Positions 25,832 to 35,767 of a DNA stretch of 64,000 bases are shown here, piece after piece (positions within the stretch are counted from its first letter, which is position 1; the number at the start of each line of letters is the position of its first letter). The notes beneath the pieces were generated by a model that had not been told where the DNA came from, ran no database searches, and saw nothing but the letters and a program-made list of their open reading frames with translations. The position numbers were made by a program, and so were the translations under genes. This DNA comes from a virus. Taxonomy: Duplodnaviria; Caudoviricetes. The stretch is from the IMG/VR virus record IMGVR_UViG_3300020187_001966. One strand, written 5' to 3'.

Positions 25832-27607
25832 ATGGCTATTAACGAATCGCAAAAAGTAGACTGGCTTTGGAAGAAGCTAGGTTACGGCGTAGCAAAAACA
25901 GATGTAAACAGTGTCAAAGCAGCAACTAACGAAAGCATTGCCAGTCCTTTACTAATACGTGGCGATAACATTTGGCAAGATGCTTCTCAAATTCCTGCAA
26001 CTAAACCTTCATCCTCAAGTACAATTGTAGAACTTTATGACGATAGCGGTAACGGTACTTCAACTGTTACTACAGCACCAGATGCCACAGCTACTCCAAA
26101 CCGTACATGGAAAACAAACTTAACAGATTGGATTCCAGTAGAATTTGGTTCAACTTATCTAGTAAAAGTTTATATGGATAACACAGGTGCCGCCGCCCCA
26201 CAAACAACTGGTACACAACTATTTGCCGCTGGTAGTGGTAATAATGATGAATGGTATTTTGATTACCAAAGTGGTGTGCTTAACTTTATTGGTGACAACT
26301 TACCAAGTGGCATCAGTGGAAAAACGATTTATGTTGTTGGCGCACGTTTTGTTGGTAACAAAGGTACAAACTTATCAAGTGCCAACATTGGTAACCTTAC
26401 ATTTAATGGAAATACAATTGGTGTTAGTAATGCCAATGGCGACATTATACTAGATCCAGATGGAACAGGTAAACTATCAGTACTAGCAGACAATGTAACT
26501 ATTACAGGTGATGGCGCATTAACACTACCAGTTGGTACTACAGCAGAACGCCCAACACCAAACGCACAAGGTATGATCCGTTATAATACAACAGACAGTA
26601 CATTTGAAGGATACGATGGTGCTAACTGGGGATCACTAGGCGGTGTTAAAGACGTTGATCAAGACACATATATTTTAGCAGAGTCAAGCGCAGGTGCTGA
26701 TAATGACCAACTAGACTTTTATACTGCTGGCACACAACGTTTTCAAATTGGAGCAACTGGTGATTTTAAGTTTGGTGACACCCTCACTGAAGTAACTATT
26801 GCTGGGGCAACTGGTGATACTGTAATTGGTGGCACACTTAACGCTAGCGAAACAACACTAGCAAGTGCTACAGTAAGTGATTTGACTGCTACTCGAGTTG
26901 TCATTGCTGGCACTGCTGGTGCTGTTGAGGATAGTGCTAACCTAACATTTAATGGTTCAATATTAGCTGTTACAGGCGCCGCTACCATAAGCACAACATT
27001 AGGTGTAACTGGGATAGCAAGTTTAGATGGCGGCATTGAAGTAAGAAATACCGCTAATAACGGCGAAGCATTTACTGTTGCTGTTGGCACTGGCAATACT
27101 GTTATTGCTGGTACTGTTGCTGCAAATAGTACAGGCGACTCGTTAACTGTAGCAGATACATTACGCATAGCACAAACTGGATCAGGTTTGCGCATGACAA
27201 ATGTTGGCGGCTTTGACAATGACGGAAGCGACAACTTTAGAGTATTTGGTACAAACGATTTAATATTAGCAGCTAATGGTGATAGCGGCACAGCAATTAC
27301 AATCGACGCAGCTAATCAAAATGTCGAGATTACAAATGACCTAGTAGTAACTGGTGACTTAACAGTTAGTGGTACAACTACCTACATCAATACTACAACG
27401 TTAAACATTGGCGATAATATTATTACACTTAACGCTGATATTACTAATCTTACTGCTCCAACTGAGAACGCAGGCATTGAAGTTTTACGTGGGACTGGCA
27501 TAAAGAAATCATTTATATGGGATGAAACAGCAGATAACTGGACTGCTGGTACTGATACTATTATTGCAGGAACCTTTGAAGGTTCAATAGACGGCGGAAC
27601 TTTCTAA
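25832..27607 (+). CDS. Virion structural/fibre protein
   Basis: Shares the FEGY...GGVKDVDQDTYI and LDFYT..TQRFQIG modules with 22322..25822. Confidence 0.7.
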   Translation: MAINESQKVDWLWKKLGYGVAKTDVNSVKAATNESIASPLLIRGDNIWQDASQIPATKPSSSSTIVELYDDSGNGTSTVTTAPDATATPNRTWKTNLTDWIPVEFGSTYLVKVYMDNTGAAAPQTTGTQLFAAGSGNNDEWYFDYQSGVLNFIGDNLPSGISGKTIYVVGARFVGNKGTNLSSANIGNLTFNGNTIGVSNANGDIILDPDGTGKLSVLADNVTITGDGALTLPVGTTAERPTPNAQGMIRYNTTDSTFEGYDGANWGSLGGVKDVDQDTYILAESSAGADNDQLDFYTAGTQRFQIGATGDFKFGDTLTEVTIAGATGDTVIGGTLNASETTLASATVSDLTATRVVIAGTAGAVEDSANLTFNGSILAVTGAATISTTLGVTGIASLDGGIEVRNTANNGEAFTVAVGTGNTVIAGTVAANSTGDSLTVADTLRIAQTGSGLRMTNVGGFDNDGSDNFRVFGTNDLILAANGDSGTAITIDAANQNVEITNDLVVTGDLTVSGTTTYINTTTLNIGDNIITLNADITNLTAPTENAGIEVLRGTGIKKSFIWDETADNWTAGTDTIIAGTFEGSIDGGTF

Positions 27608-27671
27608 CATAAATATAAGTAGAACAGAGTTATATAACTCTTTATACCGGTTTTTATAACCAAGTTAGAAG

Positions 27672-28997
27672 GTGAGACATATGTCGACTATTAAGTTACG
27701 TAGAAGTGCGGTTGCTGGCCGGTTACCTACAACATCACAGTTAGACTTAGGTGAAGTAGCAATCAACACCCACGATGGTGTTATGTACTTTAAAATGGAT
27801 AATGGTACTGAAAGCATTGTTGAAGTTGGTCGTCCAGATTCAGCAGCAAATGTTTTATATGTTAAAAAAGATGGCGACGACACACTAGCCGGAGATACAA
27901 TTAGCACAGCGTTTGCTACACTTGATGCCGCAGTACTTGTTGCTGGAGCAAGTGATACAATATTCCTTAAATCAGGTGATCACACTGTACAAAATCCACT
28001 AGAAATCCCCGCAGGTGTTACTATTATTGGTGACAACTTGCGTAGTACTACAATACGTGGCGCAACAGCAAATTCCAATATTTTAGAATTAAACAATGCT
28101 ACTTACGTAAGTGGTGTAACATTCCGTGGACACGCAAGTGGTGCCGCGGCTGTTGCGTTTCCAAGTGGCGGCGCTGGCTTAGTTACAACAAGTCCGTATG
28201 TACAAAATTGTTCAAGTATTACTAGCGATGGCATTGGTATGCTAATTGATGGTAGTTTAGCATCTGGTAGCCGTGGTATGGTTAGTGATGCGTTTACACA
28301 AATTAACTTAGGTGGCGTAGGTGTTAAAATCATTAACAGAGGATACGCACAGTTGGTTAGTATCTTTACAGTAAGTTGTCAAGATGGAATTTTATGTGAA
28401 AGCGGTGGACAATGTTCACTTACAAACAGTAACGCAAGTTTTGGTACAAATGGACTTAGAGCAACTGGAATTAGCGCAAGTTTATACAACGGAACAACAA
28501 CAACAAATATTATAGAAACAACAAATACTGTAACATTGTCTGGACTAGCATCTAGACCAAAATACGGAGACGCAGTTAAAATTGCTGGCGACAATCGTTA
28601 TTATACAGTAGAAGAAGCAACAGCATTAAACTCTGGCGAAAGTACAGTAACAATATTAGAAACATTTTTAATAGATACTGCTTCAGGCGCCACAGTTAAC
28701 TTTTACGATAGAAGTTTAATTCAAGCTAGTAGTATTACATTTGAATATGTTGGATCAGGAAATAATTTATCCACGGCATTCCCAGAAAATGGCGGTTTTC
28801 CAATACAAGCAAATGAAGTCATTGAAGATGCTGACGGACAAGGACAAGTATTTTTTACTAGTACTGACCAAAAGGGTGACTTTAGAATTGGCGGAGATTT
28901 GTTAATCAATGCGAGTGCTGGTACTATTGAAGGTGACACGTTTGATAGATCGTTATTTGCCGTGCTAACACCATACATACTAGCAATCGAAGGATAA
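27672..28997 (+). CDS. Fibre/tailspike-like protein with a predicted beta-helix (pectin-lyase-like) region
   Basis: N-terminal IKLRRSAVAGRLPT...LGEVAINTHDG; LYVKKDGDD...AFATL...A and IIGDNLRST patterns. Confidence 0.6.
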   Translation: MRHMSTIKLRRSAVAGRLPTTSQLDLGEVAINTHDGVMYFKMDNGTESIVEVGRPDSAANVLYVKKDGDDTLAGDTISTAFATLDAAVLVAGASDTIFLKSGDHTVQNPLEIPAGVTIIGDNLRSTTIRGATANSNILELNNATYVSGVTFRGHASGAAAVAFPSGGAGLVTTSPYVQNCSSITSDGIGMLIDGSLASGSRGMVSDAFTQINLGGVGVKIINRGYAQLVSIFTVSCQDGILCESGGQCSLTNSNASFGTNGLRATGISASLYNGTTTTNIIETTNTVTLSGLASRPKYGDAVKIAGDNRYYTVEEATALNSGESTVTILETFLIDTASGATVNFYDRSLIQASSITFEYVGSGNNLSTAFPENGGFPIQANEVIEDADGQGQVFFTSTDQKGDFRIGGDLLINASAGTIEGDTFDRSLFAVLTPYILAIEG

Positions 28998-29001
28998 TAT
29001 T

Positions 29002-29340
29002 ATGGCAACTCCATTAAATATTTTTAAAACAAAAACATACAGCATAACAACTGCTAATACAGTAGTTTATACAGCACCAGTTGGGTTCACTGGTATCATA
29101 TTAATGGCGCAAGTTGCTAATATTACTGGAACAGACGCAACGGTTACATTTAGTCATTATGATACTAGTGCTACAACAGAAACAGAACTTGTAAAGGATT
29201 TTACAATTCCTGGATCAGATGCTGGATCATTACTTACTGGTAAACTAGTACTAGAAGCAGGTGACAGTATAAAAACAAGCGCAAGTGCTAATACTACATT
29301 AAAACTTACATTAAGTGTATTGGAATCATTAAATGCGTAA
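29002..29340 (+). CDS. Small structural protein (112 aa)
   Basis: YTAP...QVAN...LVKDFTIP...GKLVLEAGD; inside the structural operon. Confidence 0.65.
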   Translation: MATPLNIFKTKTYSITTANTVVYTAPVGFTGIILMAQVANITGTDATVTFSHYDTSATTETELVKDFTIPGSDAGSLLTGKLVLEAGDSIKTSASANTTLKLTLSVLESLNA

Positions 29341-32300
29341 CAACAATTTATCACTACTAAGTGGAAGAGTAAAAAAAGTTGCCAGCACAAACGCTGACGC
29401 AAACCGCTATTCATATTTAGATTTAAATAATGCCGAACCAGACGCAGGTGTGCCTAGCGCACACAGTAGTTCACGTGGCTTATTTGGTAGTGATATTAAT
29501 GGAACTAGACAATGGTTCTACGCAGACGCAGGGTTAAGTGTTGATACATCAACAGGCCAAATAACAGTAAACGAAGATACTGTAGCAATTGATACATCCG
29601 CATTTACAAATAGTACAAGTGACAATCTTGCTGACGTATTGTCTGACTTTGATCAAAGTCTACAATCTCTTGGTAACAACTCATTAACTACAGTTTCTAC
29701 AGACGACACAATAATTGGCGCAGGAACATCTGGAAGTCCATTAAGTGTTGGGCAGAAACTATTTCATGATAGTAAACCAGAATTTGCTGGACTTGCTATT
29801 ACTCCTGACAGTATTGATATTAGTGGACTAAGTTTAGCAAATCCACTAGTTGTTACAACAACAGGTAGCCACGGATTAACTGACGGCGAATTAGTTACAA
29901 TAGAAAATATATCCGGTACTACAGAACTTAATGGCAATAACTATTATGTTGACGTATTATCAGCAAGTACAATTGCTCTTTATAGTGACCAAAGTTTATC
30001 TACAAGTATAAATGGTACAACAGGTTTTTCAGCATATACAAGCAGTGGCAGAGTACTAAGTGGTGGATATAGATTACCAGAATCAGATGGTACTGATGGA
30101 ACATATCTAAAAACAAACGGATTTGGTTTATTAGAATTTGATAGACCAAGTGCGTACCAAGGATCAGCACCAGCTAATCCTGATTCAGGTGACCTTTGGT
30201 ATGATAGTGTAAATGCGCTAGACTTACTAATATATACTGGCTCAGCTTGGATATCAACTACAACTGGTGGCGCACAAGCTGCGTTTGTATTACGACAATT
30301 TGTAGGTGATGGCTCTACTACTGTTTTCCAAACTAACTCTCCAGGTGTACAAAAAGTACTTGTATTTTTAAATGGTATTTTACTTCGTTTAACAGATGAC
30401 TTTACATTAAACAGCGCAACTGGTGCTATTACATTCCTGGCAACGCCTGGATCAAATGACACAATTGAAGTAATACTAACTGGCGATGCTGATTTAGTTG
30501 GTCTAGAATTACTTGGTATTGAAAACCATGATCTAATTACAGTTGATAGTAGTGGTAATGTAACACTACAAGGCGAACTAGATATGGCTAGTAACAAAAT
30601 TGTTAATGTTACAGATCCAACTTCAGCACAGGATGCCGCTACTAAAGCATATGTAGATTCTGTTGTTACTGCCGCAGATTTAGATATTGCTGGTGATTCT
30701 GGCACAGGTGCCGTAGATTTAGATAGTCAAACATTTACTATTTCAGGAACTGCTAATGAAATAGAAACAGCTGCCAGTGGACAGACTGTTACACTTGGGT
30801 TACCATCAACCATTACTGTTGATGTTACTGGTAATTTAACTGGTAATGTTACTGGTACAGTCAGCAGTATAGCAAATCATAATACAGATGATTTAAGTGA
30901 AGGTACAACTAACCTTTATTATACAAATGCTAGAGCAGACGCTCGCATTGCTGCAGCTGACACAGATGATTTAACTGAAGGTTCAACTAACCTTTATTAT
31001 ACAAATGCTAGAGCAGACGCTCGTATAGCAGCCGCTAGTATTACTGATCTTAGTGATGCTGACCAAACAGTACGCACTACAGATAATGTAACCTTTGGAA
31101 ATATTACCACCACAGGTTATATAGCTGGCCCAGCAGTATTAACAATTGATCCAGCAGGTGTTGGAGACAATACAGGTAAAGTTGTTATCGCAGGCGACTT
31201 ACAAATAGATGGTACAACCACTACTATTAATAGTACAACAGTTAGTGTAGATGATTTAAACTTAACACTAGCAAGTGGTGCTGCGAATGCTAGCGCAGCA
31301 AACGGCGCAGGAATAACCATAGACGGAGCAAGTGCTACATTCACATATGTAAGCGCAAGTGACCGTTGGACAATGAATAAAGACTTGGCTACTGATTTAG
31401 TAGGCAATGTTACTGGAAATGTAAGTGGTAGTGCTGGAACAGTAACTAGTTTAAGTAATCGTAGCGTAGGCGATCTTAGTGATGTAGATATTACTACAGC
31501 GGCACCAACTAATAATCAAGTACTTGTTTGGGATAATGCCAATAGTAAATTTATTCCTGGAGATGCGGCGGCAGACTTTACAGATTTAACTGGAAAAATT
31601 GCAGCTTCACAAATACCTAACAGTATTATCACAAGCGCAATGTTGGATCCAACAAATGTCTTTAGTCAAGAATTTACAGCAAATGGTTCAACAAGCGCAT
31701 TTACTTTAAGTACTGATCCTGGAAGTAAAAATGCGATACAAGTTTTTATTGATGGCGTTCCTCAACGTGCTAGTAACTATACAGTAGTAGGTACAACTCT
31801 TACATTAGGTGGTACCCCAGTTAATGGACAAGTTGTAGAAGTTCGTGGATATGGTATAGGTATAGCAGTTGGTACAGTAGCAGATGACAGCATCACAGGA
31901 CCTAAATTACAAGATGGTACAATTACAGCTGATAAAATTTCATCAGCTGCTTATGCTAGTCAGACATTTACTGGCGACAATTCAACAACCGCATTTACTC
32001 TAAACAACGATCCAGGAACTGCGCAAGCACTGCTAGTAATGGTAGAAAATGTTATACAAGAACCAATTGAAAATTATACAACTAGTGGTACCACATTAAC
32101 ATTTACAGGCGTACCAGCTCTTAACGCAAGAATTTATGTGCGCTATTTGGGCTTGCCACTCAACAACACTACACCACCTAATGACAGCGTAACAAATGCA
32201 AAATTAAATTTAACATATACTAGTAACCAGTATACAGGTGATAATACTACAACCGCATATACAATTGCCAGTGGACATACAATAAATAGTGTACTAGTAG

Positions 32301-32416
32301 TATTAGATGGTAGTATTTTACCACCAGCTGATTACAGTGTTAGCGGAACAACATTAACATTTGGTAGTGCGCCACTAACTAGCCAAAGTATAGATATAAG
32401 GTACATGCCAGTATGA
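29333..32416 (+). CDS. Large structural/fibre protein with F.GDGSTT.F repeats
   Basis: 1027 aa; repeated FTGD.STT.FTL...V..DG..Q units, plus shared fibre modules. Confidence 0.7.
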   Translation: MRNNNLSLLSGRVKKVASTNADANRYSYLDLNNAEPDAGVPSAHSSSRGLFGSDINGTRQWFYADAGLSVDTSTGQITVNEDTVAIDTSAFTNSTSDNLADVLSDFDQSLQSLGNNSLTTVSTDDTIIGAGTSGSPLSVGQKLFHDSKPEFAGLAITPDSIDISGLSLANPLVVTTTGSHGLTDGELVTIENISGTTELNGNNYYVDVLSASTIALYSDQSLSTSINGTTGFSAYTSSGRVLSGGYRLPESDGTDGTYLKTNGFGLLEFDRPSAYQGSAPANPDSGDLWYDSVNALDLLIYTGSAWISTTTGGAQAAFVLRQFVGDGSTTVFQTNSPGVQKVLVFLNGILLRLTDDFTLNSATGAITFLATPGSNDTIEVILTGDADLVGLELLGIENHDLITVDSSGNVTLQGELDMASNKIVNVTDPTSAQDAATKAYVDSVVTAADLDIAGDSGTGAVDLDSQTFTISGTANEIETAASGQTVTLGLPSTITVDVTGNLTGNVTGTVSSIANHNTDDLSEGTTNLYYTNARADARIAAADTDDLTEGSTNLYYTNARADARIAAASITDLSDADQTVRTTDNVTFGNITTTGYIAGPAVLTIDPAGVGDNTGKVVIAGDLQIDGTTTTINSTTVSVDDLNLTLASGAANASAANGAGITIDGASATFTYVSASDRWTMNKDLATDLVGNVTGNVSGSAGTVTSLSNRSVGDLSDVDITTAAPTNNQVLVWDNANSKFIPGDAAADFTDLTGKIAASQIPNSIITSAMLDPTNVFSQEFTANGSTSAFTLSTDPGSKNAIQVFIDGVPQRASNYTVVGTTLTLGGTPVNGQVVEVRGYGIGIAVGTVADDSITGPKLQDGTITADKISSAAYASQTFTGDNSTTAFTLNNDPGTAQALLVMVENVIQEPIENYTTSGTTLTFTGVPALNARIYVRYLGLPLNNTTPPNDSVTNAKLNLTYTSNQYTGDNTTTAYTIASGHTINSVLVVLDGSILPPADYSVSGTTLTFGSAPLTSQSIDIRYMPV

Positions 32417-35400
32417 GTAAGAGTAGAGTAAGAAATTTAGTTGACTATAAAAGTCAAACAGCAGATTTAGACGGTGATGAAACACGTAATTTAACCATAA
32501 GTGGCACAGTTATCGCAGGCGCAATTGATAGTCCAAATACTCCAGATGTTAATTTAACAATTGCTCCTGAAGTACTTGAGATACAAGTTGCTGCGCCAGA
32601 AGCTAGTCAAGACATCATGTGGAAATGGACTTGGGAACAGAGTACACTTCCATATGCTCGTAGAACTATTACCAATTCAGGTGAATTAAATGTTCCGTTA
32701 TATAAACAAGGCACATATGTAGTTAATAACTTCGCAGCATATGATGTCTACGGAAGTATGACACAAACGCACGGTTTGTTTTTGAAGTGGATCAAAAGTG
32801 CAGGTAGTGATAACTTGGTTAGTTGGGCAACCAGTACTGGACCAATTAGCGACACACATCCAAGTATCAATGACGGAGCCGCAACTGATGTACAGCGCAT
32901 TACAGTAAATGTACCAACCACCATTATCCCTCCTAGCCTAACACCCCCGAGTGTATCGTATACAGTAACTAACACTGTCAGTGGCAGTTATACATTTAGT
33001 GGTAATGCTAGCGGCTATAATCCAAATCTGGGACCGTTTTACCGTGGTGGAACGTACACTATTAATATTACAGCCAGTGGGCATCCGTTTTATTTCACAA
33101 CAGACAATGGTACTAATTTTAGTGCTGGCACCTATTTTGGTGAATACACAAGTGGTGTAACTGGAAGCAGAAATGATACTGGCAGTATAACATTTACTGT
33201 GCCTGCTGACGCACCTGATACACTTTATTATCAATGTGGAAACCACTCAGCAATGAGAGGTGAGATTACTGTCAAGGATTTGGCTGTTGAAACAAACATC
33301 AACGGAAATTATGTTGTTTATTTCCAGCACACACAAGAAGGTCACGCCACACCAGTTGAACTAAGACCAATTCCAAGTCTTGTTAATCAGATGTGTCTGG
33401 TGTATGACACTGCAAGTGGTAAATTTGTACCACAGGACTTGGCCACGTATGTGGAAAATACTCCGTCATTCGAAAACAAGATTCGTGAAGTAGCTGGTAC
33501 AGCAGAATTAGTTGTAGCAGATGGTAGCGCAGTTATTGCCAAAGTTACAGTATACGATGACAGCACATATTTACCACTCACAGGAAATAATGCAGGCGAC
33601 CAGGCATTTGCTACTGATACAGACATCCTGTATATTTGGGATGGTTCGGCTTGGCAACAAGCCGGGTCATCAAATAGTGATGACTTAACAGAAGGTAGTA
33701 AAAATTTATTTTTTACAGATGACCGAGCAGATGCCCGTATAGCCGCTGCTACCGCAACTGACTTAACTATAACAGGTGATGTCACAGCTACTACTGTTAA
33801 TGCTACTACTGTAGACCTAGGTGATTGGACAATTACCGAAGCATCTGGTTCTTTACTCTTTGAAACTCAGGGTGTAACTAAAATGAAACTAGATTCGTCT
33901 GGTAACCTAGACGTTGTTGGTAATATCAATTCTAGTGCTTACATATACTCAGCCGCAGCATTAATAGTTAATGGAAAAACCCCACCATTAGCATTTGATT
34001 TTGTGAATAGTTATTATAGAAATAGCGGTAATGATAGTACATTTGCTAATAGCTTAACCTTTACGAGAGCATCATCAGCTACTATGATGAATAGTTCTGG
34101 ACAAGTTGTGACTGTAGCAAACGGTGTTAATAGATTAGGTCATCATATTTACAATAGTACATCAAATTCTTGGGTAAATTCAGGAATACTTATTGAATCT
34201 GAAGCAAGGACCAATTATGTACTAGATAGCCACCTTCAAACTACAAACAATGGAATAGGGACGTTGGGGGCTGTCCGTACTGTTTTTACAGAAAATGATG
34301 TAGTGTCTCCTGATGGTACAACAAATGCAGCAAAGCTTGCTGGTGATGGATCATTTAATACTCACAAAGCTGAATTCTACATGCAAGGATCAGGTACATT
34401 TGGGTTAACTGACACCGTTACTTGGAGTGTGTACCTAAAACAAGGTACTCATAGATACGCTCAGATTTTTATTACGGATAACGCAGGTAATACCAACGGC
34501 ACAATAAATAATTTTTATGTTAATGTCGATTTACAAGACGGAACAATTTTGGGTGATCTGGCAACAGGGGCAATTGGGACACATTCAAGGATCGAAAATG
34601 TAGGTAATGGATGGCACCGTGTTAGCGCAACTTTAACAAAGCAAGGTGATAATGTGCGAACAGATGGAGGCGTTCAGTTCTCAAATGCCGGTGCTGCAAA
34701 TAGTAATCCAACTATAACTGTCGGCGCAGATGATTATTTCTATGTATGGGGCGCTCAAGCAGAAGTTGGAGCAGCACCTTCATCTTTAATACCTACAAGT
34801 GGAGGAGCTGCAACAAGAGCTGCAGAATTATTAACTGTTGCTGCTGCTAAGATGCCTTGGCCTGCTATTAGCGACTATGTTGAAACTACAGGAACTGAAT
34901 TGATTACTAATGGTGATTTTTCAACAAGTGATCTTTCACTATGGACTGCAGCTGCTGGTAATACCATTTCCATAGTGAATGGTAGACTTAGAGTGACAAG
35001 AGATGGTAGTATAAACACTTATGGTGGAGCTTTGACTGATTTGGATGTAACATTAGGTTCATATTACCAAATAACAATTGAATGTATATCCGGATCAATT
35101 AGTTCACTGCACAGAGCACGTAATATATATAGCGAAGGTTATTACGGTAATAATCAACCTAGTGGAACTTATTATTTTAAAGCCACAAGTTCCACCTTGC
35201 GTATTGATTTGAATTCTGGTAGCGGTGCCAATTCAGGGTATTTTGAATACGACAACATCTCATTAAAAGAGATTGATCCCCCTACGATGTCTATCCAGAT
35301 GAGCGGTACGATGACTTATGCTGATGAAGATTTATTTGGAAGTACAAGCCATACTGGAGCAGGACAGGCAACCTTCTATAGACTGTCGGCGGGAGTTATT

Positions 35401-35745
35401 GATTATATTTATGGTGGAATACAGACTGGCACAACTAGGACTGGACAATTCCGCATAAATCAGAGAAAAACCGGAGCATCTGGATCTAGTCAGGTTTATG
35501 GAACAAACACTGATTATTCTCCTGGTATTAACGTACCATTCAAAATTGCTGCTCGTCACGGTGCTACGTTCATAAACGGAGCGGTAGAAGGTACAGCACT
35601 AACAGCCAACACAACCCCTACGGCTCTCCCTGACTTGTCATCTACTAATTTACAATTAGGTTACGACTACATGGGTACAATAGGTAAGGTTGTTGTGTGG
35701 AACGAAGACATAGGTGACACTGGTATAGCAAGTGCTTCATTATGA
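32413..35745 (+). CDS. Structural (head-spike/fibre-like) protein with a cupredoxin-like domain
   Basis: 1110 aa; SGHPFYF...LYYQCGNHSAMRG; LIESEARTN and TRAAE spike-fibre-like motifs. Confidence 0.65.
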   Translation: MSKSRVRNLVDYKSQTADLDGDETRNLTISGTVIAGAIDSPNTPDVNLTIAPEVLEIQVAAPEASQDIMWKWTWEQSTLPYARRTITNSGELNVPLYKQGTYVVNNFAAYDVYGSMTQTHGLFLKWIKSAGSDNLVSWATSTGPISDTHPSINDGAATDVQRITVNVPTTIIPPSLTPPSVSYTVTNTVSGSYTFSGNASGYNPNLGPFYRGGTYTINITASGHPFYFTTDNGTNFSAGTYFGEYTSGVTGSRNDTGSITFTVPADAPDTLYYQCGNHSAMRGEITVKDLAVETNINGNYVVYFQHTQEGHATPVELRPIPSLVNQMCLVYDTASGKFVPQDLATYVENTPSFENKIREVAGTAELVVADGSAVIAKVTVYDDSTYLPLTGNNAGDQAFATDTDILYIWDGSAWQQAGSSNSDDLTEGSKNLFFTDDRADARIAAATATDLTITGDVTATTVNATTVDLGDWTITEASGSLLFETQGVTKMKLDSSGNLDVVGNINSSAYIYSAAALIVNGKTPPLAFDFVNSYYRNSGNDSTFANSLTFTRASSATMMNSSGQVVTVANGVNRLGHHIYNSTSNSWVNSGILIESEARTNYVLDSHLQTTNNGIGTLGAVRTVFTENDVVSPDGTTNAAKLAGDGSFNTHKAEFYMQGSGTFGLTDTVTWSVYLKQGTHRYAQIFITDNAGNTNGTINNFYVNVDLQDGTILGDLATGAIGTHSRIENVGNGWHRVSATLTKQGDNVRTDGGVQFSNAGAANSNPTITVGADDYFYVWGAQAEVGAAPSSLIPTSGGAATRAAELLTVAAAKMPWPAISDYVETTGTELITNGDFSTSDLSLWTAAAGNTISIVNGRLRVTRDGSINTYGGALTDLDVTLGSYYQITIECISGSISSLHRARNIYSEGYYGNNQPSGTYYFKATSSTLRIDLNSGSGANSGYFEYDNISLKEIDPPTMSIQMSGTMTYADEDLFGSTSHTGAGQATFYRLSAGVIDYIYGGIQTGTTRTGQFRINQRKTGASGSSQVYGTNTDYSPGINVPFKIAARHGATFINGAVEGTALTANTTPTALPDLSSTNLQLGYDYMGTIGKVVVWNEDIGDTGIASASL

Positions 35746-35767
35746 TTATATTTAAAGGAAAAACTCA

